NCBI GenBank assembly: GCA_964458565.1
Contig: CAYWJO010000003.1
Span: 78,675-142,674, forward strand
Direction of reading: 5' to 3'
Source: an uncultured archaeon
Lineage (GTDB): Archaea > Asgardarchaeota > Thorarchaeia > Thorarchaeales > Thorarchaeaceae
DNA: 64,000 nucleotides
How positions within the stretch are numbered: the stretch's first letter is position 1; each line of letters starts with the position of its first letter. The notes under the pieces were generated by a model. It ran no database searches. It was not told the DNA's origin and worked only from the letters and a program-made list of their open reading frames with translations. Made by a program: the position numbers and the translations under genes. This document shows, piece by piece, positions 48,831 to 57,374 of the stretch.

Positions 48831-48937
48831 AAAGATTCCTCAATAAATGATAGTCTACTGATATCCCAATTAACAGTTGTGAAATGACGACTATAGTAAG
48901 AAACCTTATCCAGCGCCGTTGGTGATGGTTTTGTAGA

Positions 48938-49891
48938 ATGCCAGAACTCATTGTCGCTTCATGGGACGAAACTAATATTGAAGAACTTGCTACACTAGCC
49001 GTTCAATGCCGACGAGAAATGGGAATTAGCAAGCTAGACGAAACCATTGAAGATTTTGTCGAAAAACTGGAAGGGTCATATGAAAGTGCACAGTATGACT
49101 GGGTTGTTTTAGCAAGAACGGAAGACAAACTCTTAGGTTGGGTAACTCTCTGGAAATGGGATATTGACATCCTAAGAATCAGTAATTGGCAACCCTATGT
49201 TATGGATAGTAACAAAGGAATAGCTCAATGCATCATCGAACAAATCATCAAGATTACAGTACAACAGGAATTGAATCGAATACATGTTGCATTTAGTAGA
49301 GTTGATGATAATAGTCTAGATGCATATCATGAACGAGCGAAATGGTATTCTATTCAAGGTTTTTACGATTTTCATCAGGAGTATTTTATGAGAAGAACTC
49401 TTGCAGAAGAGGACAATTATTCTGTTGATATCCCAACTGGCTTTAGGGTTACATCTATAGATAATTGGGATCCAGAGGATTTGTGCGATACATATCTCAA
49501 TGCATTCAGAGTAAGTTCAGACAGATTTCATGCTCAACGAAGTGAAGAAAACCGAAAGAATCGGTTTCTTGGGATGCTTGACTCAAATCATACCATCAGA
49601 GATGCTTGTCATGTCATTTCAGATGGAAATATAATTGCAGGATTCTCACTAGTAACAGAGCACTTCCCCCCTGCACACCTTGGTCCTTTCGGAGTCAACC
49701 CTAAGTATAGGAGAAAAGGAATTGGAATAGCTCTTGCATTGCTTAGCATCAGATCATTATCAGAACATGGATATAACACAGTAAGTCTAGAGGTTGATAC
49801 AGAGAATCAGCCTGCACTCAACTTGTATCAAAAGGTTGGTTTCAAAATTGAATCCGAATCACACGTGTTTTACAAAGATATTGTCATTTAG
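48938..49891 (+). CDS. GNAT-family N-acetyltransferase (two-domain)
   Basis: 317 aa. The C-terminal half carries GNAT motif A (VNPKYRRKGIGIALA) and NLYQKVGF. The N-terminal half is a degenerate second GNAT-like domain. Confidence 0.6.
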   Translation: MPELIVASWDETNIEELATLAVQCRREMGISKLDETIEDFVEKLEGSYESAQYDWVVLARTEDKLLGWVTLWKWDIDILRISNWQPYVMDSNKGIAQCIIEQIIKITVQQELNRIHVAFSRVDDNSLDAYHERAKWYSIQGFYDFHQEYFMRRTLAEEDNYSVDIPTGFRVTSIDNWDPEDLCDTYLNAFRVSSDRFHAQRSEENRKNRFLGMLDSNHTIRDACHVISDGNIIAGFSLVTEHFPPAHLGPFGVNPKYRRKGIGIALALLSIRSLSEHGYNTVSLEVDTENQPALNLYQKVGFKIESESHVFYKDIVI

Positions 49892-49917
49892 TTCGGAGGA
49901 TAGCAAGATTTCTTATT

Positions 49918-51975
49918 GTGGTATACTTCGACATTATAGTAACTATGATGATTGCAGGTGTTGATGTCGGAGGTACATTTACAGACATCATTCTTGTTGA
50001 TACCGAATCAGGAAGACAAATCGTACACAAGGTACCATCTACTCCAGAATCACAAGATAGAGCAGTCATCAGAGGTCTCATCGAAATATGCGAGAAAGAA
50101 GGTATAGAGAGAGAGAATGTAGTTCTCATAGTGCATGGCACAACTGTTGCGACAAACGCCATGATTCAGAGAAATGGAGCTAATGTTTGCTTAATCACTA
50201 CAAAAGGACTTGAGGATATTATTGAAATTGGCAGACAGAATCGAGATGAGATCTATTCCCTCGTGGCCTCTAGACCTGAGCCTTTAGTAAGTCGAGAAAA
50301 TCGGATTGGGGTCCATGAAAGAATAGATGTTGAAGGACTAGTCCTTACTGAACTTGATAAAAAAGAGATCAAGCGAGTGCAAAAGGAGATCATGAAGAGA
50401 AAACCAGACTCTGTAGCTGTGTCACTTCTATTCTCATATCAAAACTCTAAGCACGAGTGTACTCTTTTAGAAACGCTCCAAAAAATTCCTGGTCTCTATA
50501 GTGTCACATCTTCTGATGTACTACCAGAATTCAGAGAATTTGAACGAACATCGACAACTGTACTTGAGGCATATCTGGGACCACTAGTTATTGGCTACAT
50601 TGATTGTTTGGATAATAGTCTACAAGAACACTTTCCAAATGCAAAGTTGACTTTGATGCAATCTAATGGTGGCTCTCTGCTCGGAGCGAGTGTGAAAGGA
50701 AAAGCTGTATGGTTAGCAATTTCAGGACTTGCGGGTGGTGTTATTGGGAGCTGGAAGATTTCTCAATCTCAGAACGTGAGAAAATGTATCACGCTAGATA
50801 TGGGAGGAACAAGTTGCGACATCAGCGCCATAAATGAAGAGATTAAAGTCCAACCGGATAATGAGATAGCAGGATTGCCTCTTAGGATTCCTTCCGTAGA
50901 TGTCAAAACTATAGGAGCAGGAGGTGGGAGTATTGCATGGTTGGACGAGGTGGGAATCCTTCATGTTGGACCACAGAGTGCAGGAGCAGAACCAGGACCT
51001 GCAGCTTATGGTAAGGGAGGAATGGATGCAACAATAACAGATGCAAACATCGTTTTAGGCAGGATAAATCCAGATTATTTTGTTGGGGGAGGGGTCAGTC
51101 TTAAACGCGAAATGGCAAATATTGCGATATCAAATCTATCTGACAAGCTTAATCTCTCTATAGAAGAAACAGCTTTGGGTATAATTAAAATCTCGACATC
51201 TAACATGGTGCAGGCAATCAGAGAAGTGACCATAGAAAGAGGTCATGATCCCAGAGAATTTGTACTGATTCCATTTGGTGGAGCTGGACCAACTCAGTGT
51301 GTTGATATTGCAGCTATGCTGGGGATAGAGCAAATACTAATCCCCCCATACCCGGGAATAACATCAGCACAAGGTTTAGTGTTTGCTGATCTTAGAACGG
51401 ACTTGATGAGAACAATACTAGTTTCGGAAATTAATTTCATTGAATCGGATGTTTACAATGTTCTGAAAGACCTCGATAGTGAGGCAATTAGATTTTTGGA
51501 AGAACAAGGTGCAATCCAGGCATCCATTTCAACCCAATGGATGATAGATATTAGATACGTTGGTCAATCTCATGAGATTAGCGTACCATTAGATTCTAAA
51601 TCGGAGATAATCGCTGATTCATCAAGAACAAAATTTGAAACAATCCATAAACAGAGATATGGTTACGATATACAAAATCGAGAAATTGAGTGGGTCACAG
51701 CACGGGTTACAGCTATTGCTAAAAGTGATATAAAGTTCCAACCTCCAAATCTACCTCAGAGAGCTGGATGGCCAATTGATACCAGACAAGTAGTTCTTTC
51801 TAACGGTGAGAAAGTTCTTGCGGATATCTACAGGCGAGAACGGTTATCCAATACACAGGAGATTGAGGGTGCAGCTATTATCGAACAGCTTGATACAACA
51901 ATCTATGTAGAGCCAGGATGGTTAGCTGTTCAAAACAATGATGGTAGTATGTGGATCATGAGGGATGAGAAATGA
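49918..51975 (+). CDS. hyuA: hydantoinase/oxoprolinase A subunit (HyuA family)
   Basis: 685 aa. GVDVGGTFTDI is the N-terminal ASKHA nucleotide-binding motif typical of HyuA, present as MMIAGVDVGGTFTD (likely true start near 49945). Confidence 0.85.
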   Translation: MVYFDIIVTMMIAGVDVGGTFTDIILVDTESGRQIVHKVPSTPESQDRAVIRGLIEICEKEGIERENVVLIVHGTTVATNAMIQRNGANVCLITTKGLEDIIEIGRQNRDEIYSLVASRPEPLVSRENRIGVHERIDVEGLVLTELDKKEIKRVQKEIMKRKPDSVAVSLLFSYQNSKHECTLLETLQKIPGLYSVTSSDVLPEFREFERTSTTVLEAYLGPLVIGYIDCLDNSLQEHFPNAKLTLMQSNGGSLLGASVKGKAVWLAISGLAGGVIGSWKISQSQNVRKCITLDMGGTSCDISAINEEIKVQPDNEIAGLPLRIPSVDVKTIGAGGGSIAWLDEVGILHVGPQSAGAEPGPAAYGKGGMDATITDANIVLGRINPDYFVGGGVSLKREMANIAISNLSDKLNLSIEETALGIIKISTSNMVQAIREVTIERGHDPREFVLIPFGGAGPTQCVDIAAMLGIEQILIPPYPGITSAQGLVFADLRTDLMRTILVSEINFIESDVYNVLKDLDSEAIRFLEEQGAIQASISTQWMIDIRYVGQSHEISVPLDSKSEIIADSSRTKFETIHKQRYGYDIQNREIEWVTARVTAIAKSDIKFQPPNLPQRAGWPIDTRQVVLSNGEKVLADIYRRERLSNTQEIEGAAIIEQLDTTIYVEPGWLAVQNNDGSMWIMRDEK

Positions 51976-53552
51976 TAGAGGACCCAATCACATTTGAGGT
52001 CATCAAGAATGCATTAGTGTCCTGTGCAAGAGAGATGAGCCTTGCACTCAGATTGACGGCATTTAGTCCAAATATTAAAGAAAGAAGAGACTGTAGCTGT
52101 GCACTCTTTGATGAGCAAGGTAAACTGGTTGCTCAGTCAAAGGATATCCCAGTTCACTTAGGGGCTATGCCTTTGTCGGTAAAATCCTGTATTGAACTAT
52201 TAGGACCAGAGTTGACTGAAGGAACAATGGCTCTAGTCAATGATCCCTTTGCTGGAGGTTCGCATTTACCGGATTTGACATTGGTTGCACCAATTTTCGC
52301 TGAGGGGGATTTGAAAGCATTTTCTGCAAACAGAGCTCATCATGCGGATGTTGGAGGTATTGCACCAGGTTCGATGCCTGGAAGTTCAACATCAATTCAT
52401 GACGAGGGAGTTTTAATTGAACCAAGATTGGTTGTTCAGAAATCAAAACTGATGAAAGATGAAGTAATAGATCTTCTTGAGGCAACAAGAACTCCCGACG
52501 AGAGACTTGGAGACCTTTCTGCACAGGTAGCGGCTAACATTGTCGGAACAAGAAGACTAACTGAAATTGCAGAGATTCACAGCTGGGAGATATTAACCAA
52601 ATCCTTTGAAGAATTGATTCAATATTCTACCTCAAGGATGAAAATGGTAATCTCAGAATATGTTGGTAAACGGGGTACCTATAGTGACCAAATGGATGAT
52701 GATGGTGCAGGTACCAAATCGATTCCGATCAAGATCGATGTGGAATTCATGAGGGATAAGGTGAAAGTCGATTTCTCTGGAACCTCACCGCAAGTTAGAG
52801 GAAATATTAACTGTCCGGAAGCCTCCACCCTTTCAGCAGTGTACTATGTATTCATCACATTGTTTGGAAGAGAGATACCAACAAACGAAGGTTGCTGGCG
52901 GGTCCTAGATATCTTGATTCCGAAGGGTTCACTTTTGAATCCAATTTATCCCTCTGCTGTATCTGCCGGAAATGTGGAAACTTCACAAAGGGTGGTTGAT
53001 GTCACATTAGGAGCATTAGCAGGTATCGTACCTGAAAGAGTGCCATCTGCAAGTCAGGGTACAATGAACAATCTTACAATTGGAGGCACAGACCCAAGAA
53101 CAAGGAAACCATTCACCTTCTATGAAACAATTGGAGGGGGTGCTGGTGCGAAGGATGGTTTGAATGGAACGCACGCTATTCATGTTCATATGACTAATAC
53201 TCTGAATACTCCAATAGAGGCATTAGAATCAGCATATCCTCTAAGAGTGACTGAATATTCAATACGCCGTAATACAGGCGGAAAAGGAAAGTGGTGTGGA
53301 GGAGATGGAATTGTCAGAGAGATTGAAATCCTAGCAGATGATTGCATAATATCAATTCAATCAGAGAGGCGAAATACAGGTCCTTGGGGACTTGCTGATG
53401 GAGAATCAGGAAAGAAAGGAATCAATATACTCGTTGAAGGAAGAAAGAGAACTATACTGGATGCAAAAGTGACACGCGAAGTAAAGAGGGGTAGTAGGAT
53501 AAGAATAGAAACCCCTGGTGGGGGTGGCTGGGGGATACCCAACCGCCGATAA
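51972..53552 (+). CDS. hyuB: hydantoinase/oxoprolinase B subunit (HyuB family)
   Basis: 526 aa, ATGA-coupled to hyuA. The N-terminus DPITFEVIKNAL matches the HyuB consensus (DPIT.EV..N.L). Confidence 0.85.
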   Translation: MIEDPITFEVIKNALVSCAREMSLALRLTAFSPNIKERRDCSCALFDEQGKLVAQSKDIPVHLGAMPLSVKSCIELLGPELTEGTMALVNDPFAGGSHLPDLTLVAPIFAEGDLKAFSANRAHHADVGGIAPGSMPGSSTSIHDEGVLIEPRLVVQKSKLMKDEVIDLLEATRTPDERLGDLSAQVAANIVGTRRLTEIAEIHSWEILTKSFEELIQYSTSRMKMVISEYVGKRGTYSDQMDDDGAGTKSIPIKIDVEFMRDKVKVDFSGTSPQVRGNINCPEASTLSAVYYVFITLFGREIPTNEGCWRVLDILIPKGSLLNPIYPSAVSAGNVETSQRVVDVTLGALAGIVPERVPSASQGTMNNLTIGGTDPRTRKPFTFYETIGGGAGAKDGLNGTHAIHVHMTNTLNTPIEALESAYPLRVTEYSIRRNTGGKGKWCGGDGIVREIEILADDCIISIQSERRNTGPWGLADGESGKKGINILVEGRKRTILDAKVTREVKRGSRIRIETPGGGGWGIPNRR

Positions 53553-53557
53553 CAATT

Positions 53558-54307
53558 CTAAATTTTGAGAGCTACGTTTTTATTAACTGCATTAACCCGA
53601 ATAGTCCGTTTCTGTTCACCTAATGAAACATTCACGTAATATGTTGGAATATAATATCCCTCCAACCTCTTGAAGGTCAGTACATGTTCCACAACACGTT
53701 TGGCTTCTTTGGGTGTTTTTGCAGCAATTTTCTCAACTGCTTTGATGACCTTCGCGATCGAATTCATCTTACCAGTGGTAATACTTGCCTTCTTCAAGAA
53801 TGTAGCAGAAGCCGTCTTCTTCCCAGCACCCTTCAAAATACTCTCTATGTTTTTGGATTGGATTCCTGTTGTACCGTCTAGAACCATTGAGTCATCCCAA
53901 GACATCTCGAAAAGTTCAACAATATCTAGAAATATTGCTTTGCCGGGTACATCCTTGCCTTTCGTTGGAGTGAGAATATCATTACCAACCTTAGCTGCTT
54001 TTAGTGAGTCAAGAACTCCAATCTCTTGCTTGTTCACTCGAACAAACTTCATTGCGAGGTTTGCATCATAGATACAATAGAAATCATACTTCAGAGAGGG
54101 TTTACTCACCTTGAGCGAATCAGCAGACGCACCCAGAATTTCAGCTCCAGTATCAGCCGCTAATTTTGCTGCTTTATTAGCATCAATCTTCTCAGCGAAG
54201 TAGTACAACTTCTCTTTCTTCTTTACAGTCTTCATTTTTGAATGTACACCTGTCACCTTGAACAGAGAAGGTGAAAGTGTCGCCTTTGTGGATTTCTTCT
54301 TAGCCAT
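53558..54307 (-). CDS. Lys/Ala-rich hypothetical protein
   Basis: 249 aa, strongly basic (about 15% Lys), no TM segment and no motif recognised. Convergent with hyuB, 5 bp apart. Confidence 0.45.
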   Translation of the reverse strand: MAKKKSTKATLSPSLFKVTGVHSKMKTVKKKEKLYYFAEKIDANKAAKLAADTGAEILGASADSLKVSKPSLKYDFYCIYDANLAMKFVRVNKQEIGVLDSLKAAKVGNDILTPTKGKDVPGKAIFLDIVELFEMSWDDSMVLDGTTGIQSKNIESILKGAGKKTASATFLKKASITTGKMNSIAKVIKAVEKIAAKTPKEAKRVVEHVLTFKRLEGYYIPTYYVNVSLGEQKRTIRVNAVNKNVALKI

Positions 54308-54360
54308 TTGAAATCACTAATTTATTTTAAAACAACAGTACTATATGTTCTCTTTGGCGG

Positions 54361-56142
54361 CTATTTATGCGAGAATGCTGCTCGAATTTTTGGTCTGGTC
54401 TCATAAATCTTTGCGAATCCCACGCGCTCGAACTGGAGAAATGTTCCTGATTCAATATTAGCAATTGAGGGTTCTGCAAGTCCTTCAATAATTGAAGCAT
54501 CAATATTTATCATTTCAACAGGAACTGCAGCTTCCTTAGGAATCCAATGTAAGATTGGACTATTCGTTTCACGTACAACATCAACATCCAGACTGTGGAA
54601 TACGCATGAGGGTACTTTACCTTTCTTTAGCTCGAAATTAGCTAAATCTTTCAATCTGAATAAATCACCGTTGCCCAACCGAGAGTAGTCCTTTGTGGAA
54701 ATTCCTAAGATAATTGGGTTTCCTAACGGAATATCACGATTTCCTCTCTCAGGGAAATCAGGATGAACTGGTGCTTCTGCATTTTTCACCGTATTTGGCA
54801 GATCTTGTGGATTCAACCATATCGGCGCTTCAACAAAGAAGAAGCGGGGGGCTTCAGCATCTAGAAGTTTCCTGTTTTCAGAATAGACAGCCTTCATTGA
54901 GAATGAGATGTCAACGATACTAAGACCCAAATCGACCATTGCTTTCTCAAGTGCTCTTGGATCTATACCGCGTCGCTCAAGAGACTGTAAGCTCCAAGTG
55001 CGAGGGTCGTTCCAGCCCGAGTAAGTTCCATCCTGAACCTCCTTTCGTGATTTGCTTTTACTCAACTTTGCATCTGAAAATCGTAGTCGACCATAGTACA
55101 TCAATTCAGGGTGTTTCCATTCATAGATATTCCAGATATGTTGCTCAATCTTTCCTTCTTTGACCAAGTCTTTTCCTCGAAGGATATGTGATATACCTAG
55201 CTCATGGTCATCAATACCCCAAGAGTACTCAAGTAAGGGCCATACTCGATATTTAGAACCGACTCGAGGATGATCGGTCTCGGATATTCTTAGAATGACG
55301 TGGTCTCTCATCGCAGGGTCAGGATCATCCATTCCTGTTTTGAGACGGACTGCTGCAGCACGTTCCTCATATGTTCCATCGAGCATTTTAGTCCAACGCT
55401 CAAGATTATCATTGACACCAATATTTCTACAATTACATGGGATACCAACTGCTTTATGCTGTGTTCGCCAAACCTCCGCATCACAATCACATACGTAAGC
55501 TTCCTGACGCTTGATCAAATCCTCAGCATAATCATAGAACAATTCCAATCGATCAGATTTGTAAACTGTGTCGTGCCATTTTACTCCAAGGTAATTGAGA
55601 CCCTCAGGAATCAGATCAAAAGCGTCAGGTTCAACAATTTTTTCAGCTGAACCAATTGTATCATCGAAAACGAGGATGAGCTTCCCATTATATCTCTTAA
55701 CGTATTGATCGTTTAGAATAACCATCCTGGCGTTTCCTATATGAAGAGGTCCTGAAGGGAATGGCGCAAGTCGCATTACTACTTTATCCCATTTGTCAAG
55801 ATTTGGTAATTCTGGTAATTCTTTTTCTTCTTCAGCGGGAGCTATTTCAGTATCCTCGAGCAACTCTGGTGCGATTCTCTTCAGCTCAGCTCTTTGCGCC
55901 TCTGGATCCATTGATGCAACTTCACTAACTATACGTTCAACAAGGTCTTTGACTTCTTTTGCTTGTTTCCTTAAATCCGCCCTTGAGCCTAACAACGCAC
56001 CCATTACTGACTTTACATTTGGCAAACCATCGTATTTCACGGCGTTATCTAAAACAACCTTTCTGATTTCATTCTCTAAGTCAGTCATACGAGTCAGCTC
56101 CATGATTGTACATTGCAAAACTAATTTAACGCTGATGGTCAA
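54361..56142 (-). CDS. gltX: glutamyl-tRNA synthetase, archaeal/eukaryotic type (class I)
   Basis: Class I HIGH-type motif (PSGPLHIGNAR) and KMSKS-type motif (KLSKSKS). The C-terminal anticodon-binding beta-barrel is typical of archaeal GluRS. The track start adds about 13 aa; the real start is probably MELTRM at 56103 or MTDLEN at 56088. Confidence 0.9.
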   Translation of the reverse strand: MTISVKLVLQCTIMELTRMTDLENEIRKVVLDNAVKYDGLPNVKSVMGALLGSRADLRKQAKEVKDLVERIVSEVASMDPEAQRAELKRIAPELLEDTEIAPAEEEKELPELPNLDKWDKVVMRLAPFPSGPLHIGNARMVILNDQYVKRYNGKLILVFDDTIGSAEKIVEPDAFDLIPEGLNYLGVKWHDTVYKSDRLELFYDYAEDLIKRQEAYVCDCDAEVWRTQHKAVGIPCNCRNIGVNDNLERWTKMLDGTYEERAAAVRLKTGMDDPDPAMRDHVILRISETDHPRVGSKYRVWPLLEYSWGIDDHELGISHILRGKDLVKEGKIEQHIWNIYEWKHPELMYYGRLRFSDAKLSKSKSRKEVQDGTYSGWNDPRTWSLQSLERRGIDPRALEKAMVDLGLSIVDISFSMKAVYSENRKLLDAEAPRFFFVEAPIWLNPQDLPNTVKNAEAPVHPDFPERGNRDIPLGNPIILGISTKDYSRLGNGDLFRLKDLANFELKKGKVPSCVFHSLDVDVVRETNSPILHWIPKEAAVPVEMINIDASIIEGLAEPSIANIESGTFLQFERVGFAKIYETRPKIRAAFSHK

Positions 56143-56212
56143 GCCGCAACCTAATCCTCCGACACCTACGGTGAAGTTTATTTACTATAAGTGAAGGGTT
56201 ATAGGAAAGTAA

Positions 56213-56545
56213 TTGATTCAGGTGCGAATATTGTCAAGTGAAATTCTGAAATGCTGCAAAATTTGTGGTGCTTTCCTCACATGCAATCATAAAGGTGAGT
56301 GCTGCCCAGAATGTAGTTATTTTGATGAGAAAGATTACCTTTGCCTCGCACCTGAACAGATGAAAAAAGCGGCAAATGCAAAGAAACAAAAAACAACCGA
56401 AGAGGAGATTACTGATGAGGATGAGGTGGATCCTGAAACATTCCTCTTCGAGGATGATGATGAAGATGAAGACCTCGACGAAGATCTTGATGAAGATGAG
56501 GAAGATTTCGAAGAGGACTTCGGGTTTGAAGATGATTGGGATTAG
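56213..56545 (+). CDS. small zinc-ribbon protein with extremely acidic C-terminal tail ending FGFEDDWD
   Basis: 110 aa with CCKICG...CCPEC (Cys4-type ribbon), then a 50-aa D/E-rich tail. Divergently transcribed from gltX. Confidence 0.5.
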   Translation: MIQVRILSSEILKCCKICGAFLTCNHKGECCPECSYFDEKDYLCLAPEQMKKAANAKKQKTTEEEITDEDEVDPETFLFEDDDEDEDLDEDLDEDEEDFEEDFGFEDDWD

Positions 56546-57342
56546 GGTGCGAGAAGATTATAGAAATATAATCCCAATAGACCTAAAGCGACCATAAGTA
56601 ACAGGGTTGCATTCGCCGCTAACCAGTCTCGAGCATATTTTTTGCTAACTTTGATAGGACCTAATGGTTTCAACCCAGTGGGGGCTTCAGCACCAGGATC
56701 TATGGAACGCCAAACAATCTCAAGAAAATTAGCATCACTCGGATATATGTCAGCATAGAGATGTGATGCGTATCCAATCAAAAACAAAGCTCCAATGTAT
56801 ATTTCCACATTAGCCTCAATCTCTAAAGAGCCACCCATGATAATTTTAATTGCTACATTTGAAACCAGGCCGGCGATAACTAGGAACGGAAGAATCACCG
56901 AATGAAAAATCAGATTTCTATGGCGACTAATTCCCAGGAGAGGAATATCCCAATCAGGCATGAGAGCTCCAGTAACAGTGATTACTCCACCTATGAAGAT
57001 TGAAAGATTTCCTATAACTGTCACACCTGTCAGAATCTGATAAATCCACATTCCCATCATTGAACCTATGCAGAAACAGATAAAGAACATCGCACCATAT
57101 GCACCCCTATCACTCGTTGTTCGTGTTTTATCTTTGTGAGGTGCTTTGTAATAGAGGAGGGGCATAGCAAATATTGAAAGTCCTATTCCGCCTGCGAAAT
57201 AATATGCAAGACCATTAATCACACGGGCAGCATCTGAATGCCAGACACTAAAACCCCATACAATTGAATAAAGACCAACGAACAATGAGAAAGCAAGAAC
57301 CATATGTGAGAGTCGATTCATCACAGCATCTCCTGAATCCAA
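56542..57342 (-). CDS. membrane-bound metal-dependent hydrolase-like protein (DUF457/YdjM-like)
   Basis: 266 aa, polytopic. SRHRNLIFHS and ASHLYAD resemble the conserved His motifs of the DUF457 family. Weak. Confidence 0.4.
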   Translation of the reverse strand: MDSGDAVMNRLSHMVLAFSLFVGLYSIVWGFSVWHSDAARVINGLAYYFAGGIGLSIFAMPLLYYKAPHKDKTRTTSDRGAYGAMFFICFCIGSMMGMWIYQILTGVTVIGNLSIFIGGVITVTGALMPDWDIPLLGISRHRNLIFHSVILPFLVIAGLVSNVAIKIIMGGSLEIEANVEIYIGALFLIGYASHLYADIYPSDANFLEIVWRSIDPGAEAPTGLKPLGPIKVSKKYARDWLAANATLLLMVALGLLGLYFYNLLAP

Positions 57343-57374
57343 TAATCAATTGACTATTCCTTATGAACAGTGAC

